A stretch of 35,642 nucleotides of DNA. Source: Candidatus Omnitrophota bacterium. GTDB taxonomy: Bacteria; Omnitrophota; Gorgyraeia; Zapsychrales; Fredricksoniimonadaceae. A model generated the notes under the pieces. The model was given only the letters and a program-made list of their open reading frames with translations, was not told the origin of the DNA and ran no database searches. The DNA lies in assembly GCA_031386565.1 (NCBI GenBank), contig JANNCL010000267.1, forward strand, positions 1 to 35,642, in the 5' to 3' direction. Made by a program: the position numbers and the translations under genes. Shown here piece after piece: positions 22,273 through 30,948 of the stretch; positions within the stretch are counted from its first letter, which is position 1; every line of letters starts with the position of its first letter.

Positions 22273-22302
22273 TCCGCCTAAGGCGGATCCGCCTTTGGTG
22301 GA
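22273..22302 (+). repeat. Tandem short hairpins in the rpsR-rplI spacer, arms related to the REP-like units
   Basis: TCCGCC TAA GGCGGA TCCGCC TTT GGTGGA. The central GGCGGATCCGCC is a perfect 12-nt palindrome. Its arms (GGCGGATC/GATCCGCC) match those of the unit at 3164-3187. Confidence 0.55.
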
Positions 22303-22334
22303 TAAACCGTCCCGAACAATAAAGAGGGGTTTTT

Positions 22335-22778
22335 ATGCAAGTAATTCTAATGAATAATGTGGAACATTTAGGAAAAGTCGGCGACGTGGTCAAGGTAAAA
22401 GACGGCTATGGCCGTAATTACTTGCTACCGCGGGAAATAGCCGTGGAGGCCACGGCAGGGAATATGAAACGCATTGAGAAAGAAAAGGTCAAGCGTTTAG
22501 CGCAATACGAAGAACAGCGTAAAGCCGCCCAAGCAAAGGCGGAAGTGATCAGCAAGGTGTCATTGACGATCGCAGTGGAAGTCAACGATCAGGAAAAATT
22601 ATACGGGGCTATTTCCGAGACCGAGATCATTAAGGCCTTTGAAGCCGAAGGCCAAAAGATCGATAAGAAATCCTTAAGTATTGAAAAAGCGATCGAGGAT
22701 CTGGGCATCTTTGAAGTGGGTGTCAAATTACATCCGGAAGTGATCGCCAAAGTCCGTTTATGGGTAACGAAGAAATAA
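22335..22778 (+). CDS. rplI: 50S ribosomal protein L9
   Basis: MQVILMNNVEHLGKVGDVVKVKDGYGRNYLLP. Confidence 0.9.
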   Translation: MQVILMNNVEHLGKVGDVVKVKDGYGRNYLLPREIAVEATAGNMKRIEKEKVKRLAQYEEQRKAAQAKAEVISKVSLTIAVEVNDQEKLYGAISETEIIKAFEAEGQKIDKKSLSIEKAIEDLGIFEVGVKLHPEVIAKVRLWVTKK

Positions 22779-24097
22779 GGATCCCGCCCCAGAACATCGA
22801 GGCTGAGAAAGCCGTTTTGGGAGCGATGATGTTAAGCGATGAAGCTATCGGGACTGCTCTAGAGCATCTCGATAGCTTTTATTTTTATGAGACCCGCCAT
22901 CAAAAGATCTTCGAGGCGATGCGCGAGCTTTATACAGAGCGTCGTCAGGTCGATCTGATCACCTTGACCGATCATTTAAAGAATAAAGCCATCTTTGATG
23001 CCGTGGGCGGCAAGAACTATGTGATGGAGATTGCCGATTTTGTCCCCACCGCGGCGAACGTCAAATACTACATCGATATCATTAAGGAAAAAGGCATACA
23101 GCGTCAGCTTATTAAGAATTCGACGGAGATCATTGCCAAGAGTTACGGGACGGATGTCAATGTTGATGAATTGGTCGATGCCGCGGAACAATTGATCTTT
23201 GAGATCGCCACCTCCAAACAAAAGCAGCAGGCGGTGCCGGTCAAAGATTTGGTGAAGGCCGCGATCGAGACCATCGACAGTTTGTATCAGCGCAAGCAGG
23301 CCATAACCGGGGTGCCTACCGGTTTCATCGATTTCGATAAAATGACCTCAGGTCTGCAGAAGTCCGATCTGATCATCATTGCCGGTCGCCCGTCCATGGG
23401 GAAAAGCGCGTTCGCGGTCAGTATCGGTGAGAATGCCGCTATCGATCATAAGGTGCCGGTGGCCATTTTTTCTCTGGAAATGTCTAAAGAGCAATTAGTG
23501 CAGCGCATGTTATGTTCCCAGGCAATGGTCGATGCGAACAAGGTGCGCACCGGTATGTTATCCCCTTCGGATTGGCCGCATCTGACCAAAGCTGCGGGCA
23601 AGCTTTCCAGTGTCCCTATTTTCATTGATGATACGCCGGCCATTTCCGTGCTTGAATTACGTGCCAAAGCCCGCCGGTTAAAGGCCGCGCATAATATCGG
23701 TCTCATCATTGTGGATTATTTACAGCTGATGGTATCATCGGCCAGGGCGGAGAGCCGCCAACAAGAAATTTCCGAAATCTCTAGATCCTTAAAGGCTTTA
23801 GCGCGTGAATTAAGAGTCCCATTGATCGCGATCAGCCAGTTATCTCGCGCCGTTGAAAGCCGCCAGGACCATCGCCCGCAATTATCCGATCTACGTGAAT
23901 CCGGCGCCATCGAACAGGACGCGGATGTGGTGGTCATGCTCATGCGTGAAGAATATTATACCCCCACCGAAGAAAACCGCGGCATCGCGGAGGCCATCAT
24001 CGGCAAACAACGTAACGGCCCTGTCGGTTCCGTCAAAATGAAATTCTTTAAAGAGTACGTCAAATTCGCGAATTTAGAAACAGCGCACGGGCAGTAA
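22760..24097 (+). CDS. dnaB: Replicative DNA helicase DnaB
   Basis: PPQNIEAEKAVLGAMML, Walker A GRPSMGKS, IIVDYLQLM, LSDLRESGAIEQDADVV. Confidence 0.95.
   Translation: MGNEEIRIPPQNIEAEKAVLGAMMLSDEAIGTALEHLDSFYFYETRHQKIFEAMRELYTERRQVDLITLTDHLKNKAIFDAVGGKNYVMEIADFVPTAANVKYYIDIIKEKGIQRQLIKNSTEIIAKSYGTDVNVDELVDAAEQLIFEIATSKQKQQAVPVKDLVKAAIETIDSLYQRKQAITGVPTGFIDFDKMTSGLQKSDLIIIAGRPSMGKSAFAVSIGENAAIDHKVPVAIFSLEMSKEQLVQRMLCSQAMVDANKVRTGMLSPSDWPHLTKAAGKLSSVPIFIDDTPAISVLELRAKARRLKAAHNIGLIIVDYLQLMVSSARAESRQQEISEISRSLKALARELRVPLIAISQLSRAVESRQDHRPQLSDLRESGAIEQDADVVVMLMREEYYTPTEENRGIAEAIIGKQRNGPVGSVKMKFFKEYVKFANLETAHGQ
24041..24079 (+). repeat. Direct repeat copy A (functional dnaB 3' end)
   Basis: AAATTCTTTAAAGAGTACGTCAAATTCGCGAATTTAGAA matches 24700-24738 at 35/39 positions. 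Confidence 0.85.
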
Positions 24098-24174
24098 TCG
24101 GTGAATCTTTAGTCTCATCTTAGTCGCCTTGACGATGACATCATTACATGATAAATTTATAAAACGAAGGAGGA

Positions 24175-24414
24175 GTGGTGCCTACAATTTTAGTTGTTGG
24201 ATCCTATAGGTTCTTCTTTTACTCAAGTGATGCGCAAGAACCAATTCATGTGCATGTTCAGTCTGGCGTTTGTTCGGCAAAATTTTGGATAAATCCTACT
24301 CGTTTGCAATCATCGAAAGGGTTTAATCATCGGCAGATAACTGAGATCATGAAACTTGTAGAGAAGAACTCTGGGCTTTTTGAAAGGAAATGGCATGAAT
24401 ACTTTAACTCTTGA
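24175..24414 (+). CDS. DUF4160-family small protein
   Basis: FFFYSSDAQEPIHVHVQSG..AKFWINP...W.EYF is the DUF4160 pattern. GTG start (24175 or 24178) follows GAAGGAGGA. Confidence 0.75.
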   Translation: MVPTILVVGSYRFFFYSSDAQEPIHVHVQSGVCSAKFWINPTRLQSSKGFNHRQITEIMKLVEKNSGLFERKWHEYFNS

Positions 24415-24694
24415 ACACACAAGTGTCGCGACCAAGCTGACGTTTTCTGATGATTCTTTTACGGTTTATTTAGATGACGGAAGGAATATCAATATCCCAT
24501 TAGCATGGTACCCCAGGCTTTTGTCAGGGAATAAGAAAGAGCGTGAACAGTATGAATTTATTGGCGGAGGCGAAGGTGTGCATTGGCCGAAGCTTAATGA
24601 AGACATTCAAGTAGAAGGTCTTTTAGCCGGACGGGCATCTCAAGAAAGTCAAAGCTCCCTAAAGAAATGGTTTCAAAAACGGAACAAGAAATAA
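24395..24694 (+). CDS. DUF2442-family small protein
   Basis: LDDGRNINIPLAWYPRL...EFIGGGEGVHWPKLNEDIQVEGLL is the DUF2442 pattern. It overlaps the DUF4160 gene. ATG 24395 is preferred over 24380. Confidence 0.7.
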   Translation: MNTLTLEHTSVATKLTFSDDSFTVYLDDGRNINIPLAWYPRLLSGNKKEREQYEFIGGGEGVHWPKLNEDIQVEGLLAGRASQESQSSLKKWFQKRNKK

Positions 24695-24699
24695 TCAAA

Positions 24700-24783
24700 A
24701 AATTCTTCAAAGATTACGTCAAATTCGTGAATTTGGAAGGATCTTCGGTCAATAAATCTTTCTCCACGCATATTACAAATTGA
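24700..24783 (+). pseudogene. Orphaned alternative dnaB 3' end (direct repeat copy B plus its own 14-codon tail and stop)
   Basis: Reads KFFKDYVKFVNLEGSSVNKSFSTHITN*, compared with the dnaB end KFFKEYVKFANLETAHGQ*. There is no start codon or upstream helicase sequence. Confidence 0.6.
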
Positions 24784-24832
24784 TGGGAATAGAAGGTGAC
24801 AGTTGAGATAAAAAGAGTGGTGGAAGATCGTA

Positions 24833-25171
24833 TTAGTTTATAGCGGTATTTTCTTGAATGGTTTTATATAAAGCTAGTAATAATTTTGCGCTATTAAAGC
24901 TTTTCTTATTCAATAGTTTTCTGAGTTGTTGTAAAGATTCTGCTTCCTCGGTTCCTTCAGGTGCTTTTTTAACGAGCTCACATAATTCAATCTCTAAAAC
25001 TTTTGCTATGCGGTTAAGCGTATGCAAAGACGGCTGTTTTAAGCCCCTTTCAATCAACCCAATATAGTTATCGCTAAGCTCTGTTTTTTCTGCTAATTGG
25101 GCTTGAGTTAATCCACACTGCTCTCTATAAGAGCGAACTCTTTTGCCAACCTGTTGGTAAGGATTTTCCAT
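24833..25171 (-). CDS. XRE-family helix-turn-helix transcriptional regulator
   Basis: GKRVRSYREQCGLTQAQLAEKTELSDNYIGLIERG..PSLHTLNRIAKVLEI (HTH_3). GGAGG lies 7 nt upstream of the ATG at 25171 (minus strand). Confidence 0.85.
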   Translation of the reverse strand: MENPYQQVGKRVRSYREQCGLTQAQLAEKTELSDNYIGLIERGLKQPSLHTLNRIAKVLEIELCELVKKAPEGTEEAESLQQLRKLLNKKSFNSAKLLLALYKTIQENTAIN

Positions 25172-25319
25172 TAAAAACCTCCATGACGGATATATTAATT
25201 GCATTTAATGGCGCCTTCCAGATACCAATGGTTGTTATTTTATGTTGAAATAATAACTATCAGTGTGTATTATGATTTTGATCTATCTGATAAATATTTT
25301 ATTCTGGGAATATCAACAT

Positions 25320-25925
25320 ATGTCTATGAGGCTTAACTTAGGGTGTGGGACAAAAAAGCGTGAGGGCTGGATCAATATTGATTCTGCTAAAGAATGTGAT
25401 CCAGATGTCCTGCATGATTTAACTGAGCCATTACCTTTTGAAGACCAATCCGTGGATGAAATAATGGTTGATGCGGTTTTAGAGCATTTTGATAAATATG
25501 CACGCTATTTTATCTTGTACGATTGGGTAAGAGTTCTGAAGACGGGCGGTTGTATTTCGATTGGGGTTCCAAATTTTCAGAAGATTTTGTTTCGTTATTT
25601 CAAGTGGGGATTTGATGATCTTGTTGACACTATCTTTGGTGAGACTATGTGGGAGTCAAAATATTACATTGGTCATTTCGGAAGTCATAAATGGGGGTAT
25701 TCGGATAAAAGTTTAAAGAGTTTTCTGGAATGTTTTGGTATAAGTCGTATTGAAGTTCAAAAACATGGCCTTATCCTCACCGCTAAAGGAATAAAATCGA
25801 GGCATATCTCTTATCAAGATTTGAAAAATTCTCGGATTTACTCTCCCAATAATGCCTGTGGCACAGGAAGGGCATTTATGACTTTAGATGAAGTTAAAGA
25901 AGTTGCTAATTTTAAGGTTAGGTAA
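25320..25925 (+). CDS. Class I SAM-dependent methyltransferase (Methyltransf_11/23-like)
   Basis: LNLGCGTKKREGWINID (motif I), VDEIMVDAVLEHF, RVLKTGGCISIGVPN. The ORF-track GTG at 25263 adds an implausible hydrophobic leader. Confidence 0.7.
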   Translation: MSMRLNLGCGTKKREGWINIDSAKECDPDVLHDLTEPLPFEDQSVDEIMVDAVLEHFDKYARYFILYDWVRVLKTGGCISIGVPNFQKILFRYFKWGFDDLVDTIFGETMWESKYYIGHFGSHKWGYSDKSLKSFLECFGISRIEVQKHGLILTAKGIKSRHISYQDLKNSRIYSPNNACGTGRAFMTLDEVKEVANFKVR

Positions 25926-25930
25926 AATGC

Positions 25931-26707
25931 ATGGCAGTTAAGATTTCCATTGTCATTCCCGTAAAGAACGAGGAATTGCGCATCAGGCGATGTTTGGATT
26001 CGCTTAAAGGATGGGTAGATGAAATTATTATTTTAGACGATAATTCAGATGATCGAACTGCTGTCATTGCGTGTGAAGAATATGGGGCTGTTGTAATAAA
26101 GCAGTCACTAGAGAAAGATTGGTCAAAACAAAGAAACAGGGGCGCATTAGCTAGTCGCAATGACTGGATATTACAATTGGATGCTGATGAAGTTGTTCCT
26201 AGACAAACAGCACGAATCATTGAGAATGTTCTTAATAAGGATGTAAAAGAAAAGGCCTTTTCTTTAACAAGGGTCAATGTTTTGGCGAATAAGCCCTTGT
26301 TGCATTGTGGCGCTGGAGAATATGTCAGATTGTATGACCGTAGGTCAGCAGCATGGGAAGGGGAAGTTCACGAGCAATTGCGCGTTCAAGGTTGTGTGGC
26401 TAAAATCGATGGGTGTATTGAACATTATCCTGTTGATTCCATGGAATATTTTCTAGGAAAGAATCTCTTTTACGCCAGAATATCAGCAGGACAATTTGTT
26501 AGTAAAGTTGCGTCTTTAGAAGCAAGAGAGATCCGTTCTCGACTAACAGTTAAGGTATTGAAATTATTCTGGAAGAGTTATGTGAGAAAGAAAGGTTATA
26601 GGGATGGGATGCAAGGGTTGATATGGTGTGTTTTAAACATCATGACATCCCAAATGTATTGGCTTATGGTCTGGGAGAAAGCCAGTAACAGCGGGAAGCT
26701 TAAGTAA
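25931..26707 (+). CDS. Family 2 glycosyltransferase
   Basis: ISIVIPVKNEE...CLDSL..WVDEIIILDDNSDDRT and LQLDADEVV (DxD-type motif). Confidence 0.85.
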   Translation: MAVKISIVIPVKNEELRIRRCLDSLKGWVDEIIILDDNSDDRTAVIACEEYGAVVIKQSLEKDWSKQRNRGALASRNDWILQLDADEVVPRQTARIIENVLNKDVKEKAFSLTRVNVLANKPLLHCGAGEYVRLYDRRSAAWEGEVHEQLRVQGCVAKIDGCIEHYPVDSMEYFLGKNLFYARISAGQFVSKVASLEAREIRSRLTVKVLKLFWKSYVRKKGYRDGMQGLIWCVLNIMTSQMYWLMVWEKASNSGKLK

Positions 26708-27552
26708 TGAAAATCAGTGGCTGTACCATTGTCCGGAATGGAATTAGACTACAATACCCTATTGTTGAATCCATATGCTCGATTTTGCCGATCTGTGATG
26801 AGTTTATTGTCAATGTAGGGGACAGTGATGATGGGACGCTTGCCTTAATCCAAAGCATTGGGTCGCCCAAACTGAAAATAATCGAAACTGTATGGGATTT
26901 TACTAATAAAGAGAAAGTTTTATCCCAGCAGACAAATGTTGCGATCGGCCATTGTACGGGAGACTGGATTTTTTATCTACAAACAGATGAGGTTGTACAC
27001 GAATCGGATTTACTAAAGATAAAAAGATGTATGGAAGACAATTTAAGAAACTGCGCGGTTGATGCGCTGCGTTTTAGATGGTTTCATTTCTTTGGAAGTC
27101 ATTTTCGTTATCGTATTGACAGGGGCTGGTATCAAAAACAGGATCGGATTATTCGCAATGATGGGGGCATTGAATCTTACGATGATGCTTTTTCTTTTCG
27201 ACGCAAGAATGGACAATCGTTGCGCATAAAAAGCACAGGTTGCTTTATTTATCATTATGGCTGGGTCTTTACTCCTGAGGAAATGGCAAAACGTCGGATA
27301 AATTCTGGTAAAATATGGGGCGATGACCGTTCACGGGAGGAAAAGACCGGCAGGTATGAGTTTGGGAATTTGAAGCGTTTTCCTATTTATTTTGGAACGC
27401 ATCCTAGTGTTATGAGGGATTTGATCGCAAAACATGAAGTTAGTCGGAAGGATTGGAGTCAAATACGCAGTTGGTATTTCTGGAATCCTATTCTTTGGAT
27501 GCGTCTGAGGTATAAAACAGGATATCGAGTAAAGCATCGGATAGAAGATTGA
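26707..27552 (+). CDS. Glycosyltransferase family 2-like protein
   Basis: ISGCTIVRNG...CDEFIVNVGDSDDGT and FYLQTDEVVHE. Its start overlaps the preceding stop. Confidence 0.65.
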   Translation: MKISGCTIVRNGIRLQYPIVESICSILPICDEFIVNVGDSDDGTLALIQSIGSPKLKIIETVWDFTNKEKVLSQQTNVAIGHCTGDWIFYLQTDEVVHESDLLKIKRCMEDNLRNCAVDALRFRWFHFFGSHFRYRIDRGWYQKQDRIIRNDGGIESYDDAFSFRRKNGQSLRIKSTGCFIYHYGWVFTPEEMAKRRINSGKIWGDDRSREEKTGRYEFGNLKRFPIYFGTHPSVMRDLIAKHEVSRKDWSQIRSWYFWNPILWMRLRYKTGYRVKHRIED

Positions 27553-27581
27553 ATGTAAAATTTGCCTGAGATAGAGTGTAA

Positions 27582-28304
27582 ATGAAAATATATAGGAATA
27601 TATATCTCGCTGAGCACATTGAAGGTTTCTTGACCACGCGAGAAGGACAATTATTGTATTCTATGGCGCGGGCATGCCATGGTTTAGGGGTAATCGTAGA
27701 GATCGGATCCTGGAAAGGAAGATCCACTATATGGCTTGCTTCTGGTTTACAAGATGGCTCTTCTAAATCCATTCTTTATGCAATTGATCCTCACACTGGT
27801 TCTCCTGAGCATCAGGGAGAAAATAGTGTTTGGACATTTGATCAGTTCCAATCGAATATAACGGCAGCCGGATTGCAACATGTTATAAAGCCATTAATCA
27901 AAACTTCCGTTGAAGCGATAAGTCACATCAATGATAAGATAGAATTGCTTTTTATTGATGGGGCACATGAATATGAGGCTGTCCGGCTGGATTATGAGCT
28001 TTTTCGTCCGTTGGTGACTAATGGGGGATTTATAGCTTTTCATGATTCTTCTTGGCCTGGCGTTGATCGGCTACTAAATGAAGTTCTGATCAAAGATGGA
28101 TTTAAAGATGTCTATTTTACTGACACACTGTTTTTCGGAATAAAGATACCCCAAGCAACACGCAAAGATCGATTAAAGAATATTATTATGTTGTCGCTTA
28201 ATCGGCAATTTTATAGCACTTGTCGCTCTAAGTTTCCCAAGGCTATTCGCTCATTGCAGAAGAATTTGATCAAGTTGTGCAGAGAAATAATTTATCGTTC
28301 TTAA
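27582..28304 (+). CDS. Class I SAM-dependent methyltransferase (Methyltransf_24 / CmcI-like)
   Basis: VIVEIGSWKGRSTIWLA, LLFIDGAHEYEAVRLDYE, GGFIAFHD. Confidence 0.65.
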   Translation: MKIYRNIYLAEHIEGFLTTREGQLLYSMARACHGLGVIVEIGSWKGRSTIWLASGLQDGSSKSILYAIDPHTGSPEHQGENSVWTFDQFQSNITAAGLQHVIKPLIKTSVEAISHINDKIELLFIDGAHEYEAVRLDYELFRPLVTNGGFIAFHDSSWPGVDRLLNEVLIKDGFKDVYFTDTLFFGIKIPQATRKDRLKNIIMLSLNRQFYSTCRSKFPKAIRSLQKNLIKLCREIIYRS

Positions 28305-28391
28305 AATAGTTTAAAATTGATTGTTTGATTTCATTCTTCTTAACATCCCTAAAAAATTCGTTAATCTAGGTATAAATATTTTTTTTGTCAA

Positions 28392-28420
28392 TTGACATGA
28401 CAAACCCCAGCCCTTATAAT
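28392..28420 (+). promoter_or_regulatory. Consensus sigma70 promoter directly abutting the bamA start codon
   Basis: TTGACA (28392-28397), exactly 17 nt, TATAAT (28415-28420). ATG 28427 lies 6 nt after the -10 box and there is no SD. Confidence 0.6.
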
Positions 28421-28426
28421 TCCACC

Positions 28427-30904
28427 ATGCCTAAAAAATCACTCACATACCTATTTATTTTATTGTCCATTTTAATTCTAACTGACGCTAAAACCTCATT
28501 GGCGCAAGAGGTTGCGGCGGAGGCAACGGCGACGCAGGATAATGCGGCCGCAGTGCCGGCGGATACAACTCCGACACAAGATAACGCTCAAAAACCTGCC
28601 TCGGATATGCCGACCATGGAGCTTAAACAGGAAGCCCCATCAGCAGCGGTAAGCATGCCTTCCGAAACAGCACCGATGGCTAAAACAGTCAAGTCGATCG
28701 ATATCATCGGCAATAAATCAATTGGTATCACACAAATTCTAGCTAAGATCAAAACCCGTGTGGGGCAAGATTATGTGGAGAATATCGTCAGCGATGATTT
28801 AAAACGTCTATATAACACCGGTCATTTCTCTGATGTGCAGATCGATCACGAAGATCTTGACGGCGGTTATAAGGTGATCGTGAAACTGAAGGAAAAACCG
28901 ATCATCGAGGAAGTAACGTTCTCGAAATTGAAGTATTACAATAAAAAATTCATCGAAAGCAAGATCAAGACCCGTAAAGACAAGTTCCTGGATAATAAGA
29001 CGTTAAAAGATGATATTAATATCATCGAAGATCTTTATAAGAAAAAGGGTTTGACGCAGGTGAAAGTGGATGTGGAAACGTTCATGGATGATACCACCAA
29101 TAAAGCCAGTTTGCATTTTATCATCCGCGAAGGATTTCGCATGAAGATCAAGCGCATTAATGTCTACGGAAATACTGCGTACCGTGACAACAAGATCATA
29201 AAGACCATGAAATCCCGTCCGGCTTGGTTGTTCAATTCGGGGTTCTTGAAGGAAGAAGACCTTGAAGAGGACATGACCAAGATCCAGGCATTCTATGAAC
29301 AAAATGGTTATATCGATGCCAAAGCGTCATATAAGGTCGATTCGTTGTATAAGGGGTTGGTCAACGTTGATGTGACGGTCGAGGAAGGCAAACGCTATTA
29401 CGTGGGTGTTTTGGCGATGGAAGGTAATGCTATTCTTTCAGAGCTGGATATCAAATCAAAGATCAAGAATTTACGCGAAGGTAATGTTTTTAGCCGGGAG
29501 AAATTACAGGATGATGTCAGCGCGGTACGCGATGCATATTTCGATCATGGGTATATCTCCGCATCCGTGGTCGATGCGACATCCTTTAATGCTGAATCCG
29601 GCCGTGTGGATGTAAAGCTTACCATTAAGGAAGGTAAATTAGCCTATATTGATAAGATCAAGATACAGGGGAATGCGAATACCCGTGATATTGTTATCCG
29701 CCGGGAATTACGTATGTACCCTGGGGATCAATTCGATGGGGCGAAATTACGTAAATCCAAGGAACGCTTGCGTAATTTAGGCTATTTTGAAGATGTGGGT
29801 TATGATATCGAAGACACCGATCAAGAAGACCAAAAAGACTTAGTCGTTCAAGTGAAAGAAGCCAAAACGGGTAGTTTCTCTTTCGGCGGCGGTTATAGTA
29901 CGGTTGATAAATTGGTCGGCTTTATCGAATTGGAACAGAAGAATTTCGATATCGCTAACTGGCCATCCTTTACCGGCGGCGGACAGGATTTACGTATTCG
30001 CGGCGAGATCGGTTCTTCCCGTCAGAACGCGGAATTGAGTTTTACCGAACCTTGGGTGTTTGATTATCCTGTTTCAGCTGGGTTCGACCTGTTCGTGACC
30101 AGTTTAACGAAGGATAGTTCTACCGGTTATGCCTATGATGAGCGTCGTACCGGCGGAGATCTTCGTTTAGGGAAGAGTTTCAACGATAATTTCAATATGG
30201 GCAGTTATTATCGCTTAGAGCAGATCAAGATCAATAACGTTGCTTCCAATGTTTCTGCTGATCTGGCCGCGGAAGAAGGGACCAATGTGGTCAGTTCCAT
30301 CGGCGTGTCTAGCACGAATGATTACCGTGATAGTCCTTTGGCTACGACGAAGGGATTTACTTGGCATAATAGCGCTGATCTGGCCGGCGGTGTTCTTGGC
30401 GGCGATAAGGATTTTTACCGATTGCAAACAGAGGGCAGTTATTATGCTCCTTTTAAATTCAATGAGCTGGTGACCGTCCTTGAAGTTAGTGGAAAAACAG
30501 GCATGGTCAAAGCATACAATAAAACAGCTCGCGTGCCGATCTTTGAACGTTACTTTGCTGGTGGTGCCAATACTATCCGTGGGTACAATGAACGTAAAGT
30601 AGGTCCGCTCGATAGGAATACCAATGATCCTATCGGGGGTGAAGCGATCTTGGTCGGTAGTATGGAATATACCGTTCCGATCATCGAGGTGCTAAAAGCG
30701 GCGGTTTTCTTTGATGCCGGTAACGTGTGGTCGAAGGCCAGCGATTATGCCAGCGGCGGAATCAAGTCCGGAACAGGTTTGGGCCTGCGGGTCAAAACCC
30801 CGATCGGTCCTCTAAAGCTTGATTATGGTATTCCTCTAAGCAAAGAACCAGGTGAAAATAAGAAGAGCGGCAAGTTCTATTTCAGTGTAAGCCGAGGGTT
30901 TTAA
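28427..30904 (+). CDS. bamA: Outer membrane protein assembly factor BamA (Omp85), with Ala/Thr/Pro/Gln-rich linker after the signal peptide
   Basis: Signal peptide MPKKSLTYLFILLSILILTDAKTSLA, POTRA-like repeats (IKSIDIIGN.., IKRINVYGN.., IDKIKIQGN..), and a C-terminal barrel ending ..GKFYFSVSRGF (terminal aromatic residue). Confidence 0.9.
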   Translation: MPKKSLTYLFILLSILILTDAKTSLAQEVAAEATATQDNAAAVPADTTPTQDNAQKPASDMPTMELKQEAPSAAVSMPSETAPMAKTVKSIDIIGNKSIGITQILAKIKTRVGQDYVENIVSDDLKRLYNTGHFSDVQIDHEDLDGGYKVIVKLKEKPIIEEVTFSKLKYYNKKFIESKIKTRKDKFLDNKTLKDDINIIEDLYKKKGLTQVKVDVETFMDDTTNKASLHFIIREGFRMKIKRINVYGNTAYRDNKIIKTMKSRPAWLFNSGFLKEEDLEEDMTKIQAFYEQNGYIDAKASYKVDSLYKGLVNVDVTVEEGKRYYVGVLAMEGNAILSELDIKSKIKNLREGNVFSREKLQDDVSAVRDAYFDHGYISASVVDATSFNAESGRVDVKLTIKEGKLAYIDKIKIQGNANTRDIVIRRELRMYPGDQFDGAKLRKSKERLRNLGYFEDVGYDIEDTDQEDQKDLVVQVKEAKTGSFSFGGGYSTVDKLVGFIELEQKNFDIANWPSFTGGGQDLRIRGEIGSSRQNAELSFTEPWVFDYPVSAGFDLFVTSLTKDSSTGYAYDERRTGGDLRLGKSFNDNFNMGSYYRLEQIKINNVASNVSADLAAEEGTNVVSSIGVSSTNDYRDSPLATTKGFTWHNSADLAGGVLGGDKDFYRLQTEGSYYAPFKFNELVTVLEVSGKTGMVKAYNKTARVPIFERYFAGGANTIRGYNERKVGPLDRNTNDPIGGEAILVGSMEYTVPIIEVLKAAVFFDAGNVWSKASDYASGGIKSGTGLGLRVKTPIGPLKLDYGIPLSKEPGENKKSGKFYFSVSRGF

Positions 30905-30948
30905 ACTTTTTAAGATTTATTTGGGTTAATCAAACAAGGGAGGATAGT

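Noticed and set aside
25205-25319. AT-rich divergent intergenic region between the XRE regulator and the first methyltransferase, with a partial inverted repeat (GTTGTTATTTT...AAATAATAAC) as a possible operator.
   Set aside because: The repeat is imperfect with an indel, and the region is so AT-rich that such matches are expected by chance.
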